Shown piece after piece: positions 49,866 to 59,106 of a stretch of DNA of 64,000 bases. The notes beneath the pieces were generated by a model. The model saw only the letters and a program-made list of their open reading frames with translations. It did not search any database and had not been told where the DNA came from. Location: the NCBI GenBank assembly GCA_965248695.1, contig CBDFKD010000002.1, forward strand, positions 5,376,001 through 5,440,000, read 5' to 3'. Positions within the stretch are counted from its first letter, which is position 1. Each line of letters starts with the position of its first letter. The stretch comes from Acidobacteriota bacterium. GTDB taxonomy: Bacteria > Acidobacteriota > UBA890 > WLXD01. The position numbers and the translations under genes are program-made.

Positions 49866-52088
49866 ATGCGGAACCGTGCATACGCCTCCTTGGCCGGAGT
49901 GTTTCTGTCCGCGCTGGCCCTCTCGGTGCCGGCATTCGCGCAGACGGCCGACGATCCGATTCCGGCACGCGTGCGCTATTTCGAGGGAACCGTCACCGTC
50001 CAGCGAGCCCACGCTGCCGAGACCTCCGCGGCGTTAGTGAACCTGCCTCTGGACGCCGGCGACCGAATTTGGACCGACGGACAGGGGCGCGTCGAGCTCA
50101 CCTTCGGCGACGGCACGACGGTGTGGCTGGACCACCTGACGACGGTCGACGTCGTAGCCTTGCCACGCGCCGACGGCGCCACGATCCTACGCTTGTGGGG
50201 CGGCTCATTGATCGCCGAACGTCCGGGCGTCTACGAGCGCACGGAGCAGACCCTGCGCGTCGACACCGCCGAAGCGGGCATCGTCCTCCGACCACAGGGC
50301 TCCTACCGCATCGACCTCGACGACGAGCATCGCGTCTGGTTGTCGGTGTACGACGGCACCGCGACGATGACCGCCGGCGAGCTCACCGAGATCGTCGCCG
50401 CCGGCGAGACTACCTACGTCGAGCCCGGAACAGCCCCCGCCGAGGTGGCCGATTTCAACACCGCGGACAACGACGATTTCTCCAACTGGCAGATCGAGCG
50501 CTGGGTGGCCATGGCCGAGACCCAGAACCATGTTCGCAACCGCGACTATGTGCCCGAAGCCGCGCGTCCATACGCAGCTGATCTGGAGGGCAACGGCGAC
50601 TGGGTCTACTACGACGACTTCTCCTCCTACGCTTGGCGCCCCTCCGTCGACGTCGGCTGGGCCCCCTATCGTAACGGGCGATGGGTTTACTCCTACGCCG
50701 GGTGGACCTGGGTACCGTACGCCTCTTGGGGCTGGGCGACCGTCCACTACGGTCGCTGGCATCAAACGCCCTACTACGGCTGGATGTGGTTCCCGGGGAG
50801 TGTGTACTCGCCCGGCTGGGTGAGCTGGTATGCCGGTAGTGGCTATCTCGGATGGTCGCCCCTCGGCTACTACAATCGCCCGTTCCTGTCGGTGAACCTC
50901 TTCTTCGGCGGGCACTACGGCTACGGGCACGGGTACCACGGCGGCCGCAACTACGACTACGCCGTGCGACGGGGTGGCAAGGCGGTCGCCGGACAGGGGT
51001 ACGCCCGTAATCTCGACGGCGACCGTGGCTGGACGTTCGTCGATGCGGATCACTTCGGGACCGGCAAGACCGAGCTGCGCGCCACCTCTCGGACTGCCAT
51101 ACCGCGCCAGGGAACCGGGAACGCGGTGAGCTTCGAAGGCAAGCTCCGTCCTCGCAGGCCGGGGACTCTGGCGAACATTTCCGGCTCCGGCCGGAGCGCG
51201 GTGGCACGATCGGGCATCGCCCAGGGCACCGGCGCTCGCTCGACGACGGATCGTGGCATCGGTGTGCGCCCCACGCATCCGAGTCGCGGAGCTGCGGAGA
51301 GCGTCGGCGGGGCCGCTTCGCGCGGCGCTATACCGGGCGCAGCGGGAGATAGAGCCAAGGTGAGCCCACGTTCAGGACGCAGCGCACCATCCACGGCTAG
51401 AGAAGCACGGCCGCGAAGCGGCAGTGGCGAGACCGCTCGTCCGAGAGCGACGCCACGGGCTGGTAGCGGGTCGAGATCCGACAGTCGAGCTGGCGCCCGG
51501 CCGCGCTCCGGCTCTCCGTCGCGTGGATCATCGAAACCGCGAGCAGGATCGGCGCGGCGACCGCGCTCCGGTTCCGCAGGTCGGCCGCCGCGAACAGCAA
51601 CCTCCGGCGCGTCCGCGTCAGCCGGGCTGTCCCGTGCAGCCGGGCTGCCGACGCGCGCCAATCTGAGCGGGGCGCCCGCAGGCGTGAGACCGGAGAGCCC
51701 GGTCTCGCGTGGCGCGATCAGCCGGTATGCGCCGCGCACCAGCCAGTACCAACCGCAGACTCGCGCCTATCAGCCGCAAACGCGCGCCTACCAGCCGAAC
51801 ACCAACCGCTACCAGGCAAGCCCGCGATACTCGCCTTCGCGTCCATCGGCCACAAGATACTCACCATCGATCCAACCGCGCAGTGCTGTCGGCTCCCGCT
51901 CGGCGCCAGCGATGCCACGGTCGTTCTCGGCGCCGCGCTCGTTCTTGGCGCCACGCTCGGTCGGAGCGCCGCGAGGGTCAGCGGGCCGTCGCGGGGGCGT
52001 CATGTCCGGGCGGTCGTCGGCACCATCGCGCGGCTCGATGGGCAGATCGTCAGGACGAACGGCGACTCGGCGATCTGGGAGACGCTAG
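49866..52088 (+). CDS. Secreted FecR + DUF6600 protein with long Arg/Ser/Gly-rich tail
   Basis: Signal peptide; N.PL..GD..WT...R.E; W.PY..GRW, WGW...HYGRW; low-complexity C-terminus. Confidence 0.8.
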   Translation: MRNRAYASLAGVFLSALALSVPAFAQTADDPIPARVRYFEGTVTVQRAHAAETSAALVNLPLDAGDRIWTDGQGRVELTFGDGTTVWLDHLTTVDVVALPRADGATILRLWGGSLIAERPGVYERTEQTLRVDTAEAGIVLRPQGSYRIDLDDEHRVWLSVYDGTATMTAGELTEIVAAGETTYVEPGTAPAEVADFNTADNDDFSNWQIERWVAMAETQNHVRNRDYVPEAARPYAADLEGNGDWVYYDDFSSYAWRPSVDVGWAPYRNGRWVYSYAGWTWVPYASWGWATVHYGRWHQTPYYGWMWFPGSVYSPGWVSWYAGSGYLGWSPLGYYNRPFLSVNLFFGGHYGYGHGYHGGRNYDYAVRRGGKAVAGQGYARNLDGDRGWTFVDADHFGTGKTELRATSRTAIPRQGTGNAVSFEGKLRPRRPGTLANISGSGRSAVARSGIAQGTGARSTTDRGIGVRPTHPSRGAAESVGGAASRGAIPGAAGDRAKVSPRSGRSAPSTAREARPRSGSGETARPRATPRAGSGSRSDSRAGARPRSGSPSRGSSKPRAGSARRPRSGSAGRPPRTATSGASASAGLSRAAGLPTRANLSGAPAGVRPESPVSRGAISRYAPRTSQYQPQTRAYQPQTRAYQPNTNRYQASPRYSPSRPSATRYSPSIQPRSAVGSRSAPAMPRSFSAPRSFLAPRSVGAPRGSAGRRGGVMSGRSSAPSRGSMGRSSGRTATRRSGRR

Positions 52089-52103
52089 CGTCACGGCCCG
52101 CCA

Positions 52104-52478
52104 CTAGTTGAGCGACGGCCAACCTGCGTCGGACGCATCGATCGAAACCCGGTCCTTGAACGACTCCCAGGTGAAATGGCGATGCGATATCTCTGCTTCG
52201 TCGGGCGCCCAGCACCACAGCACGTTGGGGTCCGGCGTGCGGAAGTCAACTGTGAAGATGCCCTTCGGCTGCGCGCCCATCTCCAGGATAACGCGCGCCC
52301 ACTCGTCGAGAACAAGTCGGGTCTCGGCGTCGACCTCGTCGGCCGCCGACGGATCGGCCTTGTGCTCGTCGCGTAGCTCCCGCATACGCCGCCGCGTTGT
52401 TGCCGTCACCTGATTCACCAGTCGAAGCGCTCGGTTGGCCTCGTCGAGTGTGAAGATGCGAAAACGATGCTGTGACAC
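52104..52478 (-). CDS. DUF2203 family protein
   Basis: FTLDEAN.AL, G...K....VDF, WCW...E..I...H. Confidence 0.8.
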   Translation of the reverse strand: MSQHRFRIFTLDEANRALRLVNQVTATTRRRMRELRDEHKADPSAADEVDAETRLVLDEWARVILEMGAQPKGIFTVDFRTPDPNVLWCWAPDEAEISHRHFTWESFKDRVSIDASDAGWPSLN

Positions 52479-52548
52479 GAGTTCCTGCCCCCTTTTGCGC
52501 CGCACGGTAGCATGGCAGCAGCTTGTCGACGAAACTCGTCCGGGCATC

Positions 52549-52577
52549 TTGCCTATGGGTGGGTCCCCGGCTATGAT
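52549..52577 (+). promoter_or_regulatory. Sigma70 promoter
   Basis: TTGCCT-17 nt-TATGAT. Confidence 0.7.
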
Positions 52578-52583
52578 TCCGAG

Positions 52584-52775
52584 TGCCCCAGCCGCTAAGG
52601 GCGGGAGGGTCAGCCCCCCCCACCCCCGACCCCCGCCCTTTGAAGGGATTCCGGGTACCACCCACAGCCCACCCCACCGGAATCCCTCTGCGCTGAAACC
52701 GGTGCGGCGGCCAAAATGGCCGCCGCACCGGATTGAAACTCGGAGAAAGCCGGGCTCGCCCCGGCTTTCTCTATG
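52584..52775 (+). ncRNA. Candidate four-hairpin small RNA or leader with C-rich loops
   Basis: Hairpins at 52597-52640, 52644-52687, 52699-52731 and 52743-52771, downstream of the promoter. Confidence 0.65.
52743..52775 (+). terminator. Intrinsic terminator-like hairpin
   Basis: GAGAAAGCCGGG-CTCGC-CCCGGCTTTCTC, 12-bp stem with pyrimidine tail. Confidence 0.6.
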
Positions 52776-52813
52776 TCCGGATACCGCTACCGGCGGACCT
52801 CAGGAGCAAACGT

Positions 52814-53812
52814 GTGACCTCGGCGGTATCGCGAATCTTCTCGGGTATCCAGCCCACGGGCGAGCTCCACCTGGGCAACTACTTCGGCGCGGTGCGCAAT
52901 TGGGTGCGGCTGCAGGAGGAATACGCCCAGACCATCTACTGCGTCGTCGACTACCACGCCATTACCCATGAGATCGACGCCCGGGGCCTGCCCGAGCGCT
53001 CCCTGCGTCTGGCCGGCGACCTTATCGCCTGTGGCATCGATCCCGAGCGCTCGATCCTGTTCGTGCAATCACACGTACCGGAGCACACCGAGCTCGCGTG
53101 GGTCTTCAGTGCGTTCGCTGCGCATGGCGACCTGAGCCGGATGACCCAGTTCAAGGACAAGTCCGAGCGCAGCGGCTACGTCAACGCCGGATTGTTCACC
53201 TACCCGGTCCTGCAGGCGGCCGACATCCTCTTGTATCGCTCCGACGGCGTCCCGGTCGGCGATGACCAATCCCAGCATCTCGAGCTCACGCGCGGTATCG
53301 CGCATCGGTTCAATCAGACCGTCGGTACCGACTTCTTCCCGGACGTCCAGACGCTTCTTACCTCCGGAAGCCGGATCATGTCGCTCGCCGACCCGTCGCG
53401 GAAGATGAGCAAGAGCCTCGGCGAAAAGCACTACATAGGGGTAATGGAGTCACCGGAGTCCGCCACCAAGAAGATCCGCTCCGCGGTCACAGACAGCGGC
53501 GACGCAACGAGCGACGAGCTCAGCCCCGGCGTCGCCAACCTGATCGGCATCTTGAGGCTGCTGGAGGCAGATGCGATCGCCGACGAGATGGCCGGCGCCG
53601 CGCAGGCCGGTGAGCTGATGTACGGCGAGCTCAAGGCCGCCGTCGCGGACCATCTGACCGCCGCGCTGGAACCGACGCGCGCGCGCCGCGCAGAGCTCGA
53701 CGATGCCGACATCGCCGCCACCTTGAAGACCGGCGCCGACCGCGCCCGAGAGATCGCCGCCGAGACGATGAGCCATGTCCGGCGGCTGATCGGTGTTGGC
53801 GCGGCTCGCTGA
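52814..53812 (+). CDS. trpS: Tryptophanyl-tRNA synthetase
   Basis: SGIQPTG..HLGNY, YPVLQAADIL, VPVG.DQ, KMSKS. Confidence 0.97.
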   Translation: MTSAVSRIFSGIQPTGELHLGNYFGAVRNWVRLQEEYAQTIYCVVDYHAITHEIDARGLPERSLRLAGDLIACGIDPERSILFVQSHVPEHTELAWVFSAFAAHGDLSRMTQFKDKSERSGYVNAGLFTYPVLQAADILLYRSDGVPVGDDQSQHLELTRGIAHRFNQTVGTDFFPDVQTLLTSGSRIMSLADPSRKMSKSLGEKHYIGVMESPESATKKIRSAVTDSGDATSDELSPGVANLIGILRLLEADAIADEMAGAAQAGELMYGELKAAVADHLTAALEPTRARRAELDDADIAATLKTGADRAREIAAETMSHVRRLIGVGAAR

Positions 53813-53912
53813 GCCAGCGTCATATCTCCAGGGCTTCCCGGGGCCGAGGGAAAGGGATCGAGCAAGCTGTCCTTTCCTGTCCCGTCATAGTCAGTATTAG
53901 TTACTATTAATC

Positions 53913-53931
53913 AGTTATAGATTCTATAACT
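53913..53931. promoter_or_regulatory. Palindrome in AT-rich island
   Basis: AGTTATAGA-T-TCTATAACT, perfect 9-1-9 inverted repeat. Confidence 0.5.
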
Positions 53932-54039
53932 CTATATAAATGTCTTATAGTGTGACCAGGCTTCAGTTACATTTCACAGCGTACTGAGTCTCAGCAAACG
54001 GGATTGGGTCTCCCTCTTGCAGCAGACCAGGAAATGCTC

Positions 54040-54108
54040 TGAAGGGCGTGTCGCTCGTGTTACGACCGGGGAGGTGGGACAGTCGGCGACGCGCCCTTCA
54101 TTTTTTTT
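54040..54108 (+). terminator. Long hairpin followed by T8
   Basis: 15-bp stem 54040-54054/54086-54100 (one G-U pair), then TTTTTTTT. Confidence 0.55.
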
Positions 54109-56860
54109 CGCCCGGGTAGATCGCTTCTCCTTCGCTGACTAGCTCGATCACCCGCGCGCGCAGCGCTTCCATGAAGCGCTCCTGAGCCTCGCGGTCGCTG
54201 CCAGGCGGCAAGGTTATCGGCTCGCCGAAGACAACCGCCGTGTGGTGAGGCCTGAAGCCACCGTCGCGTGGCCACATCTGGTAACTCCCCCACATGCCGA
54301 CCGGAACCACGGGTACGTCGAGGTGTCGCGCCAGAATGCCGGTCCCACGCCGAAAGCGCTTTACTGTGCCGTCGTTCGACCGACCACCCTCAGGGAAGAT
54401 CCCCAGCACCATGCCGCGCCGCAGCCCTTCCGCAGCTGCCTGCATCGCCTGTTCCAGGTGCCGGTTCTGATCGATCGGAACGGTACGCAGCAGCCTGGCG
54501 ATCGATCCCAGAATCAGGCCGCCAAAATAGGCGCTGTAACCAACGAAGAAGATGCGGTGGTAAACGCGGCGCGGCAGGGCCGCCACCAGCAGGAACGGGT
54601 CCACGAAGCTCAAGTGGTTGGGCGCAAGGATGAAGGGGAAATTCTGCGGCAGGTTCTCGACACCCAGCACCTCGAACCCCCACCATGAAAGGCACCGGGC
54701 GCCGAGCTTGAAAAGGCGAAACAGCACCGCCTCCCAGACGGGGCGTGTTCGCAGGTAGGGCTCGATCTCGAGCGGGGTGTCGGCCAGCACCTGCGACCAG
54801 CGATCACCAGCAGTGACAGTGGCCGCTGTCGAACCGTCGACGTACGTACCGACCAGGTCGAGCAGGTCGCCCACGGTTTGCACTCCCGCCGCCGCCTCCT
54901 GCGGCAGACGCAGACCGAGGGCGGCTTCGATCTCCGCGTGCACCTCGACCCGGTCGAGAGATTCGAGGCCGAGGTCCAGATCGATATGCTGCGCTCTTGC
55001 CACGCCCTCCGCCCGCGCATGTCGCGACAATATGGCGCGCACCGAGTGCGCCCAAGGCGGCTCGTTCACGGCGGATTCCGATTCCACTGATGCCGCTTCG
55101 ACAGATGGTCTGACGCCGCCGCGAGCCAGGATCTCGCGCTTGAGCTCGAACCGCTTCAGCTTGCGCGTCGTGGTTCGCGGCAGCGGTGCACTGCGAATCT
55201 CCAGGCTGGAAACACGCTGCGGCGACGGCAGCTGCAGGCCGAGTCCATCAATCTCCCAGGTAACCATCTCGCGGACGTTGGCTTGTCCGCGGCTTCGGGC
55301 ATGCTCGACGTTCGGCACGACCACTGCGTGCAGGCGCTCGGCGCCACGGCGGGCGGCGTCCTCCAGCCCGAGTATGCAGATCTCGTCAATGAAATCCGAT
55401 TGCCCGTAGAAATCCTCGAGCTCCTCGGGGTAGATATTCTTGCCCGACGCAAGCACGACGATGTCCTTGGCGCGGCCGGTGACCATCAGGTGCCCGTCAG
55501 GCAGCAGGCGCCCCAGATCACCCGTCTTCAACCAGTCGCCATCGAAGACTGCTGCGGTGGCGTCGGGATTTCGGTAGTACCCGATCATCCGACTCGGTGA
55601 GCGCGCCTGAATCTCCCCCACCCCGGCCTCGTCCGGCTCATGGATCCGCAACTCCACACCGTCGACCGCTCTGCCGACCGTGTCGGGCCGCCGATCGTCC
55701 GGCGGCAAGATCGTGAGCACGGCGGTGGCCTCGGTGAGACCGTACCCCTGCAGAAGTGGGAATCCCAGATCGAGAAAATCCTCGAAGACGCGCGCGTTGC
55801 ACTTGGCGCCCCCGGTAAGAAGAATTCGCAGTCGCGGCCCGAACGGCGCGTGGGCGGCGGCAAAGAGCCGGCGACCGAGGGACACGCCCAGGCGCTTGCG
55901 GGCGAAACGGCTCACCGCCAGAAGCGCGCCGGCCAGCCGACGCCGGAGCGGCGGCAGCGCCTGGATCCGACCCATTACGCGATCGTGGAAACGATAGAAG
56001 AACAGCGGCACGCAGGCGAAGGCGGTGATGCCGAACCGCGGGAAGGCGGCGATGATGCGGTCAGGATTGAGGTCGGTCAGGAACGTCGCCTGGCCGCCGA
56101 CAAACACCGGCGCCAGACATCCGGCCATCAACGGCAAGGCGTGAAACAGGGGCAACACTCCGAGGACATGATCTTGCTCGGTCAGGCCGATGCGGCGTAG
56201 CCCGGCTTCGATGTTGCTCGCCAAGGCATGGCGCGAAAGTGCCACCCCCTTCGGCAACCCGGTGGTGCCCGAGGTGTACATGATGGTGGCAGGCTTGCTG
56301 GTTGCCGGTCGGGGCGCCCACTCGCCAGGCGGATCCTGAGCGGCGACGAAATCGTCCCAGGAATCGCCGCAATCCGGTCCGTCAGCAGGAGGGAGCGGAC
56401 TGGTATCGCTCTCGTTCTCACCGTCCCAGCGTCGGTCGCCACACGCATCAACGTCGAGTCGACGGGGTGGGGTCTCCAACCCAGTGCAGGCTTCGACGAT
56501 CTTGGGCCCCAGCGCGTGCGAGGTCAGCACCAGGCGCGCGCCCGAATGCTCCAACACCCGACGGATCGCCGCCGGTTCCAGCGCCGGGTCAATCGGTACG
56601 ATGGTCGAGCTCGCATACCAGGTAGACAAGTAGCCGACGGGCCATGCCGGCCGATTCTCCATGCACAGCGCTATACGCTCGCCGTCGCCCAGGCCCGCCG
56701 CTACCAGAGCGGCCCCGAGCCGTTGCACGCGCTCCGCGAGCGGTCCGTACGCGAGCACCACCGAGCCGCGCTCGCCGGCAAGGCGAAATGCCGGCCGCCT
56801 CGAGTCCGCCGTAGAATGCTTACGGAGCAACTCGATGAAGTCACGGTGGGCTTCTGTCAT
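54098..56860 (-). CDS. Long-chain acyl-CoA ligase / ACP / PlsC acyltransferase fusion (Aas-like)
   Basis: YTSGTTG.PKG, GYGLTE, TGDLG; DLGLESL ACP Ser; NHLSFVD and FPEG. Confidence 0.92.
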   Translation of the reverse strand: MTEAHRDFIELLRKHSTADSRRPAFRLAGERGSVVLAYGPLAERVQRLGAALVAAGLGDGERIALCMENRPAWPVGYLSTWYASSTIVPIDPALEPAAIRRVLEHSGARLVLTSHALGPKIVEACTGLETPPRRLDVDACGDRRWDGENESDTSPLPPADGPDCGDSWDDFVAAQDPPGEWAPRPATSKPATIMYTSGTTGLPKGVALSRHALASNIEAGLRRIGLTEQDHVLGVLPLFHALPLMAGCLAPVFVGGQATFLTDLNPDRIIAAFPRFGITAFACVPLFFYRFHDRVMGRIQALPPLRRRLAGALLAVSRFARKRLGVSLGRRLFAAAHAPFGPRLRILLTGGAKCNARVFEDFLDLGFPLLQGYGLTEATAVLTILPPDDRRPDTVGRAVDGVELRIHEPDEAGVGEIQARSPSRMIGYYRNPDATAAVFDGDWLKTGDLGRLLPDGHLMVTGRAKDIVVLASGKNIYPEELEDFYGQSDFIDEICILGLEDAARRGAERLHAVVVPNVEHARSRGQANVREMVTWEIDGLGLQLPSPQRVSSLEIRSAPLPRTTTRKLKRFELKREILARGGVRPSVEAASVESESAVNEPPWAHSVRAILSRHARAEGVARAQHIDLDLGLESLDRVEVHAEIEAALGLRLPQEAAAGVQTVGDLLDLVGTYVDGSTAATVTAGDRWSQVLADTPLEIEPYLRTRPVWEAVLFRLFKLGARCLSWWGFEVLGVENLPQNFPFILAPNHLSFVDPFLLVAALPRRVYHRIFFVGYSAYFGGLILGSIARLLRTVPIDQNRHLEQAMQAAAEGLRRGMVLGIFPEGGRSNDGTVKRFRRGTGILARHLDVPVVPVGMWGSYQMWPRDGGFRPHHTAVVFGEPITLPPGSDREAQERFMEALRARVIELVSEGEAIYPGEKK

Positions 56861-56899
56861 CGTGGCGCAGTATAGACGGCGGCCAAGCTGGACGAGCCA

Positions 56900-57274
56900 A
56901 TGCCCGGGAAGATCTCACTGGCAAGATTCGAAGCGATTGTCGAGGAGGCTCTCGACGGTCTGCCGGCCGACTGGACGGCCCGCCTCGACAACGTCGCGAT
57001 CGTGATCGAGGACGAGCCCGATGCGGATCTCCTGGCCGAGCTCGGACTCGATCCCAACAGCCAGGACAGCGACTTGCTGGGCTTGTATCAGGGGACGCCG
57101 CAGAACATGCGCGAGCTCGGCGGCTGGGACCTACCTGACCGGATCGTGATCTACCGAGGCCCGACGCTGCGCGAAGCACGCCACCGCAGCGAGATCGCGC
57201 AGGTCGTGCGCGAGACCTTGCTGCACGAGATCGGTCACCACTTCGGGCTCGAGGAGGACGATCTGCCGTTCTGA
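56900..57274 (+). CDS. Zincin-like metallopeptidase (DUF1025 type)
   Basis: LLGLYQG, PDRIVIYR, HEIGHHFG. Confidence 0.9.
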   Translation: MPGKISLARFEAIVEEALDGLPADWTARLDNVAIVIEDEPDADLLAELGLDPNSQDSDLLGLYQGTPQNMRELGGWDLPDRIVIYRGPTLREARHRSEIAQVVRETLLHEIGHHFGLEEDDLPF

Positions 57275-57286
57275 GCCCCCCCCGGT

Positions 57287-59044
57287 TCAGCGGGGGCGCG
57301 ACGGCCCGGCTGGCGCCTCGACCGGAATCTGCGGCACCGGGGCAGCGCGCGAACGCATCTGCGGGCCACCGGTGCCGGCGTCGTCGATCTCGATGCCGAG
57401 TTGCTCCAGCAAAGTGCCCTTGTTGAACTCCAGGTTCGCCAGCGCGATGTTGAGCCCGATCAGCGATAGGAGCTGTCGCTGGCGCGCCAGGGTCAGCTGG
57501 CGCTGAAAGTTCAACACCTGGAACGTCGAGCTGATCCCTGCCTCGAAACGCCGCAGCTCGGCCTCGTACTGGCGCTCAGCCAGCCCCAGCGCGTTCTGCG
57601 CCGCGCTCACAGCCTGCACACCGCCGGTGACGTTACGGGCCGCCTGCTGCACAGCCAGGCGAATCTGAACCTGACGATCTTGCAGCTGGGTCAGCGCCTG
57701 CCTTTCTCGGATGGACGCTTGTGCATGCTGGGCCCGCGCAGCGTCGTTGCGTACCGGAAACGAGACCTGAAGTCCCACCGACCAGTTGCGAAAGTCTCCT
57801 GACATCAGTTGCTTGAGAGAGTCCGACAGCCCGCCCTCCTGCACCTCCGCAACACCGGTGCTGCCGAAGATGCCTCCGGACCTAAAGATCTGATCACCAC
57901 CGAGGCCGTTGACGGTGGCGTTGGCGACGAGGTCGAGCTGCGGAAGAACACCGTTGCGCGCCGCCCGGAGATCGATCTTCCGGCTCGCCAGGTTGACCTG
58001 GTCCAGTCCGATCAGCGGGCTCTTCTGCAGTGCCTCCGCCACCGCCATCTCCATGTTGATGTTGGGCGCCTCGACCGCAGGCTCGTCCGTCGGAATGATC
58101 TCGACGGTCCATCCTTCGGCCACGACAGAGTCGAGGTTGAGGATGGCCTTGAGCTGGTCCTGCTGGTTCTGCAGGCCGATCTGCGACTGGATCAGCGTGA
58201 GCTCGGCGTCGGCCGCCTGCTGCTCGGTCTGGATTACGTCGACCGCCGCCAACGTACCGATGCGCACCATCGTGTTGTTTCGGGCGAGCTGCTCGCGCGC
58301 CAGATCGAGGCTCTGTTCGGCAATATCGACGTTGCGGTATGCCGATACCAGGTTCCAGTAGGCGAAAATCACCTGCGCGAGCTGCAGCTGCAGCTGCTGA
58401 CCGAACTGGTGACGGCTAACGGTGAAGTCGTTCTGTGCCACAAGCAGCTGTTGCCGGTTCGCCGTGCGGCCGAAGTTACGCAACAGGGGCTGTCGGACGG
58501 CCAGCGTCAAGCTAGTGGTGTATTGCGGGTTGAAGGTCGAGAACTCGTTGTTGGTTACCAGCCGCGAGGCGTTGCCCGAGAACGACCAGCCGAGCCCAAA
58601 CGCAGTGTTGGACGAAACGTTGAATCCGGCGACGATGGATTCCCGCGTCAGGACATCAGCACCACCGAGAATCGAGGCGGTGGGCTGTGTCGAACGGTTG
58701 AACTGCTGCGGCAAGTTGAAAACGAAGACCGGATCGAACCTCGATCTGGCGAAACGGATCTGCTCCTCCGTCAGGTCCGGGTTCAGCGAGGAGAACCGCA
58801 CCTGAAGGTTGTGACGCAGCGCCAAATCAACGACCTGGCGGAGAGACAGCTCCAACACCTGGACGGTTTCTTGCGACGGTGCGGTCTCATGCACGCCGTT
58901 CGTTGTCGCACGGGGCGCCATTTCAACCGCGAGCACAGCCTCCTGCTGCGTTGACTGAGGGGCGGCGACACTCACCGCCGGCACCAGAAGGAATAGCGAG
59001 CCCAGCATCGTCGCTACGTGGCGATTCGGCGTCTTGGACATCAT
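57287..59044 (-). CDS. TolC family outer membrane efflux protein
   Basis: Signal peptide; LSL...V..AL..N; QPLL..FG; AYWNL; RFEAG.SS. Confidence 0.9.
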   Translation of the reverse strand: MMSKTPNRHVATMLGSLFLLVPAVSVAAPQSTQQEAVLAVEMAPRATTNGVHETAPSQETVQVLELSLRQVVDLALRHNLQVRFSSLNPDLTEEQIRFARSRFDPVFVFNLPQQFNRSTQPTASILGGADVLTRESIVAGFNVSSNTAFGLGWSFSGNASRLVTNNEFSTFNPQYTTSLTLAVRQPLLRNFGRTANRQQLLVAQNDFTVSRHQFGQQLQLQLAQVIFAYWNLVSAYRNVDIAEQSLDLAREQLARNNTMVRIGTLAAVDVIQTEQQAADAELTLIQSQIGLQNQQDQLKAILNLDSVVAEGWTVEIIPTDEPAVEAPNINMEMAVAEALQKSPLIGLDQVNLASRKIDLRAARNGVLPQLDLVANATVNGLGGDQIFRSGGIFGSTGVAEVQEGGLSDSLKQLMSGDFRNWSVGLQVSFPVRNDAARAQHAQASIRERQALTQLQDRQVQIRLAVQQAARNVTGGVQAVSAAQNALGLAERQYEAELRRFEAGISSTFQVLNFQRQLTLARQRQLLSLIGLNIALANLEFNKGTLLEQLGIEIDDAGTGGPQMRSRAAPVPQIPVEAPAGPSRPR

Positions 59045-59106
59045 CGGCTCCAGCGAGAGATCGTTCGGTTCGCCCGATGGCGGACGTAGCCGTGTAACCC
59101 TAGAGG

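Noticed and set aside
52651-52663. T-box-like GGGTGGTACCCGG upstream of trpS
   Set aside because: It is on the minus strand, opposite to trpS, and I see no stem I or specifier loop
53885-53950. dif site or DnaA-trio unwinding element in the AT-rich island
   Set aside because: No match to XerC/XerD arms and no adjacent consensus DnaA boxes
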